Shown here: positions 9,879 through 19,523 of the stretch, piece by piece
Numbering within the stretch: the first letter of the stretch is position 1
Layout of the letters: every line of letters starts with the position of its first letter
DNA from: a virus
Taxonomy: Duplodnaviria > Caudoviricetes
DNA: 45,724 bases
Direction: 5' to 3' (one strand)
Virus record (IMG/VR): IMGVR_UViG_3300008255_000022
Location: 1 to 45,724 of that record
The notes under the pieces: model-generated
Told to the model about the DNA's origin: nothing
Database searches by the model: none
Seen by the model: the letters and a program-made list of their open reading frames with translations, nothing else
Made by a program: the position numbers and the translations under genes

Positions 9879-10255
9879 TATGAACGCCGCTCGACAGCGA
9901 CAAATCGTTTGAACCAGCGAGCTACTTGTACACCACCATAATCGGCTGTAACAAGTAGATCATATTCTGTACCCTCCGTAATAACAGTTGTTGCAGGGAT
10001 AACTCCCTCATAAATACCAGCACTTGAGGTTACATATGCACAGGAAATTGGGAATGATGGACCAGAAACAGTTGTACCAGACACGCTCAGCAAAACGGCT
10101 TCAACTGTAGCAGCATTAAGATATGTGCCAGCAAAAGCATCTTCCCGTAAAGCGTTAACAGCTACGAGATTAGCATTACCTATGAAGAGCTTATCAAACA
10201 CAAAATTTCCTACGTAATGCGGTGCTACCCTTAATGATCCATCGTATTGACTCAT
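9878..10255 (-). CDS. Hypothetical beta-sandwich virion protein
   Basis: 125 aa, ATGA-coupled to the portal gene. Confidence 0.55.
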   Translation of the reverse strand: MSQYDGSLRVAPHYVGNFVFDKLFIGNANLVAVNALREDAFAGTYLNAATVEAVLLSVSGTTVSGPSFPISCAYVTSSAGIYEGVIPATTVITEGTEYDLLVTADYGGVQVARWFKRFVAVERRS

Positions 10256-12246
10256 TGTAGTGGCTCAAAGTTTCCTCGCTCTACCTCACGTGCAACCTGT
10301 TCATCAGGAAGTACAGTTGGCTGTTGCTGTTGTGCGCGTCGCTGAAAGTCATCAACATTCTTAACACCAGCTTGCCGAGCTATAGCCTTGAACATACGAA
10401 CCATATCAAACTGACCAGCAAGGGTTTCGTTCTGAGATATGGTCTGAAACATGTCAACCAAAGTCTGCGTATCTTCACTGCCGGGAATAGCCCCGTCATG
10501 TGCAGTAACGTCATAATTTATCACAAGGTCAAGAGGCGACACTTTTACTCTTTCGCGTCTGGGCGAAATTCCAAAGTCAGCTTCTAACCGATCACGTAGT
10601 TCACCAGTGGCCTTAACAAAGGTTTCTTCTGACATGAACTGCTGCACATTCGAAGCAAACATGCGAGCAATAGGCTGCATGAATTGCATACTGATCAACT
10701 GTGCAGGACGCTCCAAGCGTGATAAACCACTTTGACGAGTGGACTGTGCCTCACTTGCTGATACCCGTGAGGTTCTTGGTGCAAGCGTACCGCTGAGTTG
10801 GTCCATAGTGGACGTTGCGAGTTTCGCTTGTTCCATGAGGAATTGCGCTTCACTAACATTCTGTTGCGTTGCGTCCTTAACATCGAGTTGAAAGATACCG
10901 TTGTTGCGAATGTTGTTAGCTCCCCATCCCTTCTTCATGATACGGATAACCTTACCTGGCCGGTTATCATTTACATCATGGATATTGATGAGGCTTGGAT
11001 CGACTACAATATTGTCATTGATTACACGCTTGATATTCTCAACGTGACTTGTGTAGAGGAAGTCAACCAACTGTTGCATTTCCTCAATCGCCAACAAGCG
11101 TGACATTGGAGCTACACTATAACCATCATAGTCCGGTGCTCCTGCAACTACAGGAATACGGCCATGTACGAGATTGAGTGGCTCAGCCTTCAGCAAGATT
11201 TGATCTGCACCAACACAGAAGATCCATGTCTCTGGATCATCACTGGAACCCAATCCTACCTCTGCTGGAATGAGGTCAATGTACATCCAGATAGCATCTG
11301 CTGGAGTACCCTGATCCTGATGATTAATGGATTCTCGTCTACCTCGTTCTCCCTTATTACGGATAGAACCACGTAGATCTCCACCAGTATCAGCAATCTT
11401 TTTCAGGTACTTAACATTAAACATGCCAGAGGTTTCACTGGCTTCCATCCTGCGAAGTTCACTATAGCTGGTCTCATCAATCCAGCCAAAGAACTCGCTT
11501 TTATGAATCTCATGTGGACTCACATTAGGATCTGGTAGAGCTAAGTAAGGGTCAATGTTGTCAAGAGTATTTCCTTCATACAACACACCGTAAGGATTCT
11601 CTACTTTCCTCGTGCCAGTCTGTTTGAACAGGCTACGGTTAATATCGAGAAAACCAATAGGTCGAGTTGAGAACGAACGTCCCATCTGCACTTCCCAGCG
11701 AGGACTTGCGTAGCCTACTCCATAGGCAAACATATCCCTGAACGAAGTATGCAAGGCAAGAGGTACAGCATTCTTATGCACATGACCATCTACAACCTGC
11801 GTAAGCAACTGCGCACCAAGCACGTCCTCTGGACCAGTTCCCTCGTACTTGAAAACAGGAGAACGGAAAAACGCCGAACTCATGTAGGTGAGCAAAGTCT
11901 CAAGCACCACAAAGGAAACAGGCATAACAATCCGGCGACTCCCATCAATGAGATTGCCGTTTGCATCTTTACCCTTCTTATCCCTCGGACCACCGACAGG
12001 AGCGTTATAGGTATACGCCTTCAGAACTTTGTCAATCTCGTTCCAGCTATCATGCCTACCACTCATAGCTTGGTTTGAGGCATTAGCATAACGAAGCACC
12101 ATATCCACAAGGGAATCATGAAGCTCGGTTCCTGGACGCAGGTTCAAACCTTCTGGATACTCATACCCAAGATCAACAGCTCGCAAACCAGCATTACGGC
12201 CAGTAGATACTCCCTTTGTCCCGTATGGGTTAAGAATTGGAGGCAT
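10252..12246 (-). CDS. Portal protein
   Basis: 664 aa with P22/SU10-portal-like pattern (YGVGY, IDPY..PDP, GRIPVV, RPGKVI); between terL and scaffold. Confidence 0.85.
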   Translation of the reverse strand: MPPILNPYGTKGVSTGRNAGLRAVDLGYEYPEGLNLRPGTELHDSLVDMVLRYANASNQAMSGRHDSWNEIDKVLKAYTYNAPVGGPRDKKGKDANGNLIDGSRRIVMPVSFVVLETLLTYMSSAFFRSPVFKYEGTGPEDVLGAQLLTQVVDGHVHKNAVPLALHTSFRDMFAYGVGYASPRWEVQMGRSFSTRPIGFLDINRSLFKQTGTRKVENPYGVLYEGNTLDNIDPYLALPDPNVSPHEIHKSEFFGWIDETSYSELRRMEASETSGMFNVKYLKKIADTGGDLRGSIRNKGERGRRESINHQDQGTPADAIWMYIDLIPAEVGLGSSDDPETWIFCVGADQILLKAEPLNLVHGRIPVVAGAPDYDGYSVAPMSRLLAIEEMQQLVDFLYTSHVENIKRVINDNIVVDPSLINIHDVNDNRPGKVIRIMKKGWGANNIRNNGIFQLDVKDATQQNVSEAQFLMEQAKLATSTMDQLSGTLAPRTSRVSASEAQSTRQSGLSRLERPAQLISMQFMQPIARMFASNVQQFMSEETFVKATGELRDRLEADFGISPRRERVKVSPLDLVINYDVTAHDGAIPGSEDTQTLVDMFQTISQNETLAGQFDMVRMFKAIARQAGVKNVDDFQRRAQQQQPTVLPDEQVAREVERGNFEPLQ

Positions 12247-12650
12247 TAGTAGTCACCGCCTGAAGCAAAACAAGCAAAATCAGCTGTATTTGTACTAGCG
12301 CCTACACGTAATTGCCAGTCTGCTTGTAAATGAATAGGTTTAGTAGGAGTAATTTCAAGTGTTACTGCTTCTACTGTTCCACCAGGAGAACTAGCGGCAC
12401 TAACAGCCAAGTCCTCATATAGATGAAACGTGTTATTAGCTGTCATAAGAAAGACAAAAAATCGAGAAGCAATAGTATCAGACAAAGACTGAAACTTAAG
12501 ATACTCAATCTTTGAACCATTAGCCGCAGCAGTTAAAAGCGTACGCGTATTACCTCCACCTGTAACAGTAGCAGCAGTAGTAACTGCCGGTAATCTAATT
12601 GCCCAGGACTTAGGCTGTTCTACAAAGCGAGGAACAGTATTAACTGACAT
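12246..12650 (-). CDS. Hypothetical virion protein
   Basis: 134 aa, beta-rich, ending in GGDY; TAATG-coupled. Confidence 0.55.
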   Translation of the reverse strand: MSVNTVPRFVEQPKSWAIRLPAVTTAATVTGGGNTRTLLTAAANGSKIEYLKFQSLSDTIASRFFVFLMTANNTFHLYEDLAVSAASSPGGTVEAVTLEITPTKPIHLQADWQLRVGASTNTADFACFASGGDY

Positions 12651-12904
12651 TACATTCCACCTTCTTGGAAAGCGTTAAAATGTGCAGCACGATAAGCACT
12701 ATAAGCAGATGCGCTGATCTCTACATTAACAACAAGGGTATCATTATTACCCTCGGATTCTGTTTCAGCGCTACCAAGAGCTACATTCTGTGATGAAGTC
12801 TCCGGCGCAAGCTGTACACGAATAGGCACTATACCAGGATCATTTGTATAAAAGATAAAAGGTCCTTGCGAACCAATCCATATCTTTTGTTTAACTCGTG
12901 CCAT
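12650..12904 (-). CDS. Hypothetical protein
   Basis: 84 aa, coupled to both neighbours by TAATG. Confidence 0.6.
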   Translation of the reverse strand: MARVKQKIWIGSQGPFIFYTNDPGIVPIRVQLAPETSSQNVALGSAETESEGNNDTLVVNVEISASAYSAYRAAHFNAFQEGGM

Positions 12905-14472
12905 TAATCAAATAACCTAAAATTGTCAAGTGGCATTGTACTTTCGTAAGGAGCATCTTCATACATGTACTCAAGCTCGCGGAACTCAGCTTCAACATCG
13001 CTAGCAGTCTTAACATCCTCAGAACCAGGGAAGCTAAGATACCGTTCACCTTTTTCCAACAGCTCAACAACATACCCAAGAGGGTCCATCAAGCTCCAGT
13101 TCTTCGCGTTCGGAAAGCTAGCAAATTGTTGCTCCAGCACATCACACTTATTACCGTTATGATAAACAAGACCTTGCCGATAAAAAGGAACTAGTGAGCG
13201 CACACGCGCGACCTTACCCTTCTCACTAACACCCTGTCGAGCATGTAATTCAACAAACTCAACCTGAATCCCTCGCTCACTAAGGAACGTTTTCAATGGA
13301 TGTGTTATGAACTCATGCAGGCCAGTAACCTCAACAGCAAGAACACGAGCGTCCAAATGTTGAATCATACCAGCAATAGCATCAAACATCTCCTCATAAT
13401 GCATACGCCGATCTATACAGTCTCGAACATATATCCTATTCTTCGTCATGTCAAGACCAACACCTACAATACCAGTAGGAGCACTTGTAAAGTTTGCTGT
13501 CCTACTCGGATCAACAATAACCACAGTCTCAACATTCGGATCAAGGTTGATGTTATGCGAGGACTCGTCATAGTAACGGTAGTTCTTCGGATGAAATGGA
13601 GCATCATCACCAACCGGACTAGGGTTGTTACGATACTCCCTATACCATGTGTCAAGCTGTTGATCCTTTTTAAACTGCTGGTACAGTGCCCTACAGTCTT
13701 GCTCACTCATAAAGCTTGGTGCATTAGACTGGAAATGATCATCACATATCTCCAGTCGAACAGTATCCCAATACTCTGAGTCAATAAGCCGCATCAACAA
13801 GCTATCCTGGTGAAGAATGGTTCCAACCACGATGATTTCCCAGGGAGGAACCTCGCCAGCTATATGCTTTTGCCCACGATCAATACAGTTAAGAACATCG
13901 CCAAAGAACCAGTCTCTTCGTTTCTTCCTTTGCTCCTCTGATTCCGCCTCACTTGTTTTCTCAAGGTCATCAACCAGAACAAGACCAGGTCGAGAGTCTC
14001 CAAATAGGCGACCACGAATTGGCTGACCGGAACCACGAGGTTGGATCTTAATATGCCTCCCACCAATGTTGAGGACAAACTCCTCTTGGCTCCACCACTT
14101 TGTCTTTACATCCCCATATAACGAATAAATCAGCGGACTTTCAACTATCTTCCGTTTTAATTCTTCCGTTTTCTCAATAGCGTCACCAGCATTATTACCA
14201 ACTACAACAATGTAGTCTGTTCGCTGCAAAACCGCGCCAACGCTGGGAATAAGAAGCGAACTAATAGAAGTTTTACCAATACCACGAGGAGCAATAATTC
14301 CTTTCTGTGGTTTGTATAGTGGATGACCAGGCTTTCTATCAACAACCTCAAAGATTTGACGATGAATGTCATCGAAAGGCCGGTAAAACCGGCTTTGATA
14401 GAGCAATCCAGCAGCTAAGGCTGATGAATACTCCATATCAGCTAAAACTTCTATGCGTTCCTGTTTGGTCAA
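12904..14472 (-). CDS. terL: Terminase large subunit
   Basis: Walker A APRGIGKTS, IRG motif, Walker B LVDDLE, GT coupling motif, RNase H-like VVIVDPS. Confidence 0.92.
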   Translation of the reverse strand: MTKQERIEVLADMEYSSALAAGLLYQSRFYRPFDDIHRQIFEVVDRKPGHPLYKPQKGIIAPRGIGKTSISSLLIPSVGAVLQRTDYIVVVGNNAGDAIEKTEELKRKIVESPLIYSLYGDVKTKWWSQEEFVLNIGGRHIKIQPRGSGQPIRGRLFGDSRPGLVLVDDLEKTSEAESEEQRKKRRDWFFGDVLNCIDRGQKHIAGEVPPWEIIVVGTILHQDSLLMRLIDSEYWDTVRLEICDDHFQSNAPSFMSEQDCRALYQQFKKDQQLDTWYREYRNNPSPVGDDAPFHPKNYRYYDESSHNINLDPNVETVVIVDPSRTANFTSAPTGIVGVGLDMTKNRIYVRDCIDRRMHYEEMFDAIAGMIQHLDARVLAVEVTGLHEFITHPLKTFLSERGIQVEFVELHARQGVSEKGKVARVRSLVPFYRQGLVYHNGNKCDVLEQQFASFPNAKNWSLMDPLGYVVELLEKGERYLSFPGSEDVKTASDVEAEFRELEYMYEDAPYESTMPLDNFRLFD

Positions 14473-14478
14473 CGTATA

Positions 14479-14505
14479 AGGATAGGTTAATTATTAACGT
14501 ATTCT
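14479..14505. repeat. 27-bp dyad element copy 4 (AGGATA-GGTTAATTATTAACG-TATTCT, one core mismatch)
   Basis: Fills the gap immediately upstream of terL. Confidence 0.9.
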
Positions 14506-14506
14506 G

Positions 14507-15586
14507 TTATGACAAGAAAGGAAGAACAGAGAAACCAAATGAAGAACCTACAATCTCTTCTGTAGTCATGAGCTCTGGCGTAGCTGCGGCTCCATCAGCA
14601 ACAAGTATTCTATATATAGCATAGGCATTATATCCATCTACATTTAAAAACTTTATGCGCTTGTTGTAATATAGATATCCATCAAAGAAAGAAAGAAAAG
14701 GAGCTACATTCTGCCCAAAACCAAGAAAAATAGTGTCAATAGTATTATTAGAAGTTAAAGCGTAATTATATACGTATAAAGTAGCATTATCTCCATTAAA
14801 TGTTCTTATAGTATATACATTACCTGTGTCAGGATCTACCCAAACAACATTATAGTTACCTGATAAAGAAACAACAATAGAAGAATTTAAAGTATATCTA
14901 CGCTTAATAAGAAAGGGTGAAGCAGGAGAACTTACAAAATAATATGTTCCCTCAATACCAGCAGAAATATATCTACCACCCTGAGTAGTTTGAATAGCTG
15001 TTGGATTAGAACCATCAGCATTGACCAACCAGATACCGTAGTTGGTAGTAAAAGCTATTAAAAAAGCTGTTTTTGTGGCATCGTAAATGAGACAAAAACG
15101 TTCATTACTAATAACACCAGTATTCCACAGAGTTACTATCCCTGTACCGTCAGTATTAGCTCTTTTAAATAGCCACTCAGTACCTGACCATTCTCCATAA
15201 TAAATATAATTATTATCGTAATCTATATAAAAATTATTTTGAGGGAAAGCAGCAGAGCCACCATTTCTTAATATAAGTGGAGTAGAAGATAATGTTCCCC
15301 CCTCACCAAGAAGATATAGTCCAGCACCTGTACTAAAAATAAATTCAAAAGTCTGTGGTGCAGGAACAACAGTTTCACTACAACTTTCTGTATAGACGGA
15401 TAACTCCGAGAACTGCACTTTGACTACCTTTTTACTCGGTAGTTTAAAGGATGGTGCATCACCATAGATTACCCTATCAAGCAAGGGTAGTTTAGCACTT
15501 TTTCCTGCCCGTATAACGAGAGGATCACTTGCTGTAACCTTTACTTGTTCTTGCTCAACCTTATCATATTTAACTTGTTGAGGCAT
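14507..15586 (-). CDS. Putative receptor-binding/fibre protein with beta-propeller (YWTD/DUF5050-like)
   Basis: Tyr-rich blades (IDYDNNYIYY, RANTDGTG, VNADGSN); C-terminal part markedly AT-rich. Confidence 0.55.
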   Translation of the reverse strand: MPQQVKYDKVEQEQVKVTASDPLVIRAGKSAKLPLLDRVIYGDAPSFKLPSKKVVKVQFSELSVYTESCSETVVPAPQTFEFIFSTGAGLYLLGEGGTLSSTPLILRNGGSAAFPQNNFYIDYDNNYIYYGEWSGTEWLFKRANTDGTGIVTLWNTGVISNERFCLIYDATKTAFLIAFTTNYGIWLVNADGSNPTAIQTTQGGRYISAGIEGTYYFVSSPASPFLIKRRYTLNSSIVVSLSGNYNVVWVDPDTGNVYTIRTFNGDNATLYVYNYALTSNNTIDTIFLGFGQNVAPFLSFFDGYLYYNKRIKFLNVDGYNAYAIYRILVADGAAATPELMTTEEIVGSSFGFSVLPFLS

Positions 15587-15941
15587 ATGAGCGAGTATAC
15601 TTTACACGACCCTCGAGGAGACGTTTAGGGTCAACAGAAGCAGTTGATGCTGTAGGCCAAATGATAAAGGTATACTTTGCGTCATCATCTATAAGGTCTC
15701 TAATCGCGCTCACTGAGGCCGCTGGGATATTAATATCAAATTGCCCAGTTGTACCAGCAATAGTAATTTGAGAATTAGCTACGGAAGCTGTAACAAGAGC
15801 AGCAGCATCTGGATCATTCCTAATCTGAAAGATAGCACCATAACCTGTAACATCTACAGGATCACAATTATCTTCATAGAGAAGCTGTAAATCAAAATCA
15901 CTACCCTCTTCCAAGGTTATGGTCCAGAGTGCTGCTGGCAT
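15570..15941 (-). CDS. BppU/LtfC-like beta-sandwich fibre adaptor
   Basis: ITLEEGSDF...PVDVTGY.A.FQIR...LLEGRV pattern. Confidence 0.55.
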   Translation of the reverse strand: MPAALWTITLEEGSDFDLQLLYEDNCDPVDVTGYGAIFQIRNDPDAAALVTASVANSQITIAGTTGQFDINIPAASVSAIRDLIDDDAKYTFIIWPTASTASVDPKRLLEGRVKYTRSYASTS

Positions 15942-15943
15942 TG

Positions 15944-16381
15944 TTAATCCTCATCAAGCTCAAAATGACCAGAATCCCGAAATGTCTCATCACGGGTTTG
16001 AGTGTCACCGTCCCAATCTCCTCCCCAACGTAGCTGTACGTTTAGGTTTTTGGCTGAGGCGAACATAAGTCCGGCAAGTAGAGCAAACCGTTCACGGTCC
16101 TCCCAATCAACAGGGGAAACAGGAACGAGATCGACAGCGTAGGAAAGTGTGCGCCCAGATACTGGACCAACGGTGTGCTTAGCTTTTGGTCCAGGCTGCA
16201 CAGTCGAGACACCTTGCCGTACATACTCACGCTGTTGCTCATCCGTCCGAGCACCTTCCAGTACCTTGAAGTCAATAACACCCATGTTGAGTGCGCCTAT
16301 GACTACAGCAGAAAGCCGGGGATCTACAGTAGCGAGCTGGGTAAGACTATGTTTGGACCAACTGAAAGTTTGATACTTCAT
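15944..16381 (-). CDS. Endolysin, peptidase M15 (L-Ala-D-Glu peptidase-like)
   Basis: EG.RT...Q, KH...AVD, RWGGDW and D.GHFEL zinc-peptidase motifs. Confidence 0.85.
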   Translation of the reverse strand: MKYQTFSWSKHSLTQLATVDPRLSAVVIGALNMGVIDFKVLEGARTDEQQREYVRQGVSTVQPGPKAKHTVGPVSGRTLSYAVDLVPVSPVDWEDRERFALLAGLMFASAKNLNVQLRWGGDWDGDTQTRDETFRDSGHFELDED

Positions 16382-16755
16382 GAGTTGTCTGCCTTACGCT
16401 TATCACGCCAAGCTTTAGCAACCTCAACAAACTTGTCAATACCCTCGTTGAGGAAGCCCCAAGCATATTCGAGGATCTTGTGCTTGAAGGGGATGAACTT
16501 GAGCTTGCCTGTTAGCTGGCTTAGGATGACCTCGAAGATGAAGTTCTTGAGCCGGACCTGAACAGCCGGACTATCAATGATATCCTCAATGATTGACTGC
16601 TCTTTCGGCGTCATCACACCAAGAACATCCTCCGGAGAAGTCGTTGTCCGGAGCTGAGCGTTTTTAACCAGCTCTTTCCAATCAATCTTACCATCGGCAT
16701 AGCTAAGTGCTGTGTCCGGCGCAAGGAGACTTGGGCGTCTAAAAGGATCAACCAT
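16378..16755 (-). CDS. Hypothetical protein in lysis cassette
   Basis: 125 aa, overlapping both neighbours. Confidence 0.55.
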   Translation of the reverse strand: MVDPFRRPSLLAPDTALSYADGKIDWKELVKNAQLRTTTSPEDVLGVMTPKEQSIIEDIIDSPAVQVRLKNFIFEVILSQLTGKLKFIPFKHKILEYAWGFLNEGIDKFVEVAKAWRDKRKADNS

Positions 16756-17002
16756 TGTCTACCACCACTTGTTCAGAACCATTCGGACGCTTCAAGCGAC
16801 CAAAGAGATAAGCCAGACCGGCTGCAGCGAGTGTAGTAATCGCCATTTCAACATCAGCCGTTAGCGTAATGTCAATGTAGGTCAAAAGGAATGTGACGAG
16901 CTGTGCAGCGAGAACACCTGTTGCTCCACCAGCCGTAGCCGCTTGAACCTTTGGAATGGTTCGTTGGCTAGTCATTTTGAATTTCTCTTTTGAGTACGTC
17001 AT
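16748..17002 (-). CDS. Putative holin
   Basis: Two hydrophobic helices and a basic C-terminus; near the endolysin. Confidence 0.6.
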   Translation of the reverse strand: MTYSKEKFKMTSQRTIPKVQAATAGGATGVLAAQLVTFLLTYIDITLTADVEMAITTLAAAGLAYLFGRLKRPNGSEQVVVDNG

Positions 17003-17391
17003 GATTCTTTTTTACTTGCTGTGAAAAGAAGTTCAGTAAGTCTATGCACTTGTCCGTCTATACTCTTGAGGTGTATCTGCGTGTTAGTGTAGATGCTCTC
17101 AAGCCTTTGTATAGTGGCCTCCAATTCTCTTCGTGGGACATATGTTTCAGGCAGTGCTTGAAACGCTTTAGACGTGTTTACGGCCTCATATTTTTGTGCT
17201 GTCTCAACACGCTTAATATCATCAATAAGAGTTTTAATTTGGCCAGACAATTTATCTTCACGGATGATCTGGTTTTCTTGAAAAGCTTTAAGCCAAGACT
17301 TAATCAAAAATCCCACAACACCTATAATAACCGAGCCAAGGAAGCCTACGATAGGACCTAACGCGGACCACCAAGTAAAATTTTCCGGCAT
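16999..17391 (-). CDS. Membrane-anchored coiled-coil protein (lysis-associated)
   Basis: N-terminal TM helix, coiled coil, YV.R.E motif. Confidence 0.5.
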   Translation of the reverse strand: MPENFTWWSALGPIVGFLGSVIIGVVGFLIKSWLKAFQENQIIREDKLSGQIKTLIDDIKRVETAQKYEAVNTSKAFQALPETYVPRRELEATIQRLESIYTNTQIHLKSIDGQVHRLTELLFTASKKES

Positions 17392-17933
17392 TACTCGTCA
17401 TCATTAGAGATTATGATAGCATCTTCAATGTCCTTTTGTGGAGCAATAATACCGGCAGAAATAGCACGATCACGAGCAAGTTGTCTGGCCTCAGCCAGTT
17501 CATCGCCTGTGGCCATTTTGTGTGTGACTGTAACGTTGCTATTCCTCCCTACTCCCTGGCTGGCAAGAACACCCTCAGCTGCACGCAGCCGGGTTTCGTC
17601 CTTAGAGCCTGGACTGGTTAGAATATCTTCATAAACACCAACAGCGAGTGGTCCGAGGTTAGCTAACTCTGCCATTATATCAATGGTATGAGCGTCCGCT
17701 TCACCCCTCAACACTTTCAGCTTCTGTTTCCCCAGGTCGCTATTAACAGTGTATGAGACCATCTGTTCTGTCACACCCAAAGACTTAGCCACAGTCTTCT
17801 GATCATCTCCTCGCGCGATCATGCGTAGGATAAGATGGTGTCGATCCCTGAGTTTTTTAAGCTCATATGAGCTGCTACTCGGCTGTGGAATCGTGAAACT
17901 CGGCGCGGAAGCCTGTGGCACTGGAGCTGACAT
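17391..17933 (-). CDS. Putative terminase small subunit (HTH); start reassigned to ATG 17933
   Basis: HTH (QKTVAKSLGVTEQMVS) and RLRAAE.VL motif; first gene of the virion arm. The ORF-track start at 17990 lies inside the promoter. Confidence 0.6.
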   Translation of the reverse strand: MSAPVPQASAPSFTIPQPSSSSYELKKLRDRHHLILRMIARGDDQKTVAKSLGVTEQMVSYTVNSDLGKQKLKVLRGEADAHTIDIMAELANLGPLAVGVYEDILTSPGSKDETRLRAAEGVLASQGVGRNSNVTVTHKMATGDELAEARQLARDRAISAGIIAPQKDIEDAIIISNDDE

Positions 17934-17980
17934 ATAACAAGCTAGGTGTGCAGTAGTAGAGAGGGGTCCTAACCAGCCCA

Positions 17981-18009
17981 AATATACCAAACCACTAGTT
18001 GTGTGTCAA
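17981..18009 (-). promoter_or_regulatory. Sigma70-type promoter for the virion/lysis arm
   Basis: TTGACA-17 nt-TATATT with extended TG. Confidence 0.75.
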
Positions 18010-18035
18010 CCAGCTCACCAAACAACCGCTTTACG

Positions 18036-18062
18036 AGAATGGGTTAATTATTAACCTATCCT
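18036..18062. repeat. 27-bp dyad element copy 5 (AGAATG-GGTTAATTATTAACC-TATCCT)
   Basis: Read directly; just upstream of the virion-arm promoter. Confidence 0.95.
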
Positions 18063-18257
18063 TTATTACTGGGTGCAAATGGGGGCAATGTAGAAATAGC
18101 TAAAATTTCTGCTGTTTGGGGATAGTAATAGACTATCATCGTGTTTCCCCAAGGCCACCCCCAGCACACATGTATAGTATAGTGGACAGCATGACAATTT
18201 AGCATAAACGAGTCTGTCATTTTGGCATGAAAGTTTGCTGTTATGTACATATAAAGG

Positions 18258-18277
18258 TGTGGATAAGTTGTGGATAT
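18258..18277 (-). promoter_or_regulatory. Tandem DnaA-box-like pair
   Basis: TGTGGATAA (perfect TTATCCACA) at 18258-18266 and TGTGGATAT (8/9) at 18269-18277. Confidence 0.45.
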
Positions 18278-18431
18278 GTTTCTCTGTAATTGGCTTTGTT
18301 CATGGTATTAATAGCCGTATTTTGTTGGTGCCGGTCGAGGTTTAGTCCGGTTGTACTTTGATATTATGGTGACGGTTAACGCTCGTGTCCGTTCAATGCC
18401 TAACCAACGTTTCAATCAATAGGTAAAAATC

Positions 18432-18986
18432 ATGAACGCTATTAACAAAATGCTCACCGAACGTATTAATGGAGTGGTAACATACATCGGCAAGCGCCGA
18501 TTGCGCCACTCAAGTGAGCCTAACGTGAAACAGGAGGAATTGTCGGCACTGGTGCCGGAAGCTGTTCCCCATGTTTTTGTTGATTTCACTGGTGCGCGTT
18601 TGTCAGATGTTTTTGATCAGGCAGGCGGCAAACAAGGTTGCGTTGTGGATATGCAAAAAGTCATCCGTGACGGTTCAACTCTCGCGGAAGTCAGTGCATG
18701 GAGATCATCATTTGATCCGATCCAGTACGCGAACCTGACGATGGAAGCAAGTGGCGTAACGGAGAAAGTTTTGGACGGTATCGCAGCAGGTGAACCGTTC
18801 GTGATGATCCGGTTCGTTACAGCTGGACAAAGCTTGGATGTCCCAATGCAACCAGCAGATATGCTGAACAGTATCCAGGAGAATGCTCCGGCGGTTTACG
18901 CTGCAATTTTCGGCAATATGTCGGAGGAAGATGCACTGAAAGCCGTACCGGACGTTTTCCATCAATTGCAGGCCGCAATGTCCTAA
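18432..18986 (+). CDS. Hypothetical early protein (stand-alone unit)
   Basis: 184-aa ORF followed by a strong terminator; codon style differs from the rest of the genome. Confidence 0.75.
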   Translation: MNAINKMLTERINGVVTYIGKRRLRHSSEPNVKQEELSALVPEAVPHVFVDFTGARLSDVFDQAGGKQGCVVDMQKVIRDGSTLAEVSAWRSSFDPIQYANLTMEASGVTEKVLDGIAAGEPFVMIRFVTAGQSLDVPMQPADMLNSIQENAPAVYAAIFGNMSEEDALKAVPDVFHQLQAAMS

Positions 18987-18990
18987 ACCT

Positions 18991-19028
18991 AGGTCCCCAG
19001 CTCTTTTCGGAGGGTTGGGGACTTTTTT
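18991..19028 (+). terminator. Rho-independent terminator
   Basis: AGGTCCCCAGCTCTT-TTCG-GAGGGTTGGGGACTT followed by a T tract. Confidence 0.85.
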
Positions 19029-19110
19029 GTACTCTAGTTTCCATATGCTAACCATGTGTTTCTAACGAGATACTCACCAAATGATCTGTTTTGGGTGGTT
19101 TTAACGAGCA

Positions 19111-19452
19111 AAAAACGTAACAATGGCGTAACCACGAAACGTAACCATACCACCCATGTTTGGTGAAAAGTAGTACCAATCTCCCGAGCTTAAACAGCAG
19201 CTTTTGGGCTTTATAATCCTGCTCTCTGTCTCTTAATTAGTTAAAAAAAATATAAAAAAAAGAACTATAGAGAGTAGGAGGAGAGTTTATAGATAGGAGT
19301 TTTGAGCTGCACTTTCAAAAGCCTAAGCACTTCCAACTCTAGCCTGTAACAGTTATGAGATTGGTACTAGATTTCGCCGTGGGGGGTGGGGTTGGTTACG
19401 TTTTACGGTTACGCGTTTGTTACGCTATTTGCTGATCGTTACGGGTGTTACG
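19111..19452. other. Putative replication origin: inverted iteron arrays around an A-tract core
   Basis: CGTAAC x3 (19116, 19127, 19140); GTTACG x5 (19395, 19408, 19419, 19438, 19447); perfect 13-bp IR 19171-19183/19357-19369; A-tract at 19243-19261; non-coding. Confidence 0.5.
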
Positions 19453-19477
19453 CTGGACCTATGGGCCATTTTAACTG

Positions 19478-19504
19478 AGGATAGGTTAATAATTAACCAA
19501 TTCT
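19478..19504. repeat. 27-bp dyad element copy 6 (AGGATA-GGTTAATAATTAACC-AATTCT)
   Basis: Read directly. Confidence 0.95.
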
Positions 19505-19523
19505 TACTCTCAATAACATAATG

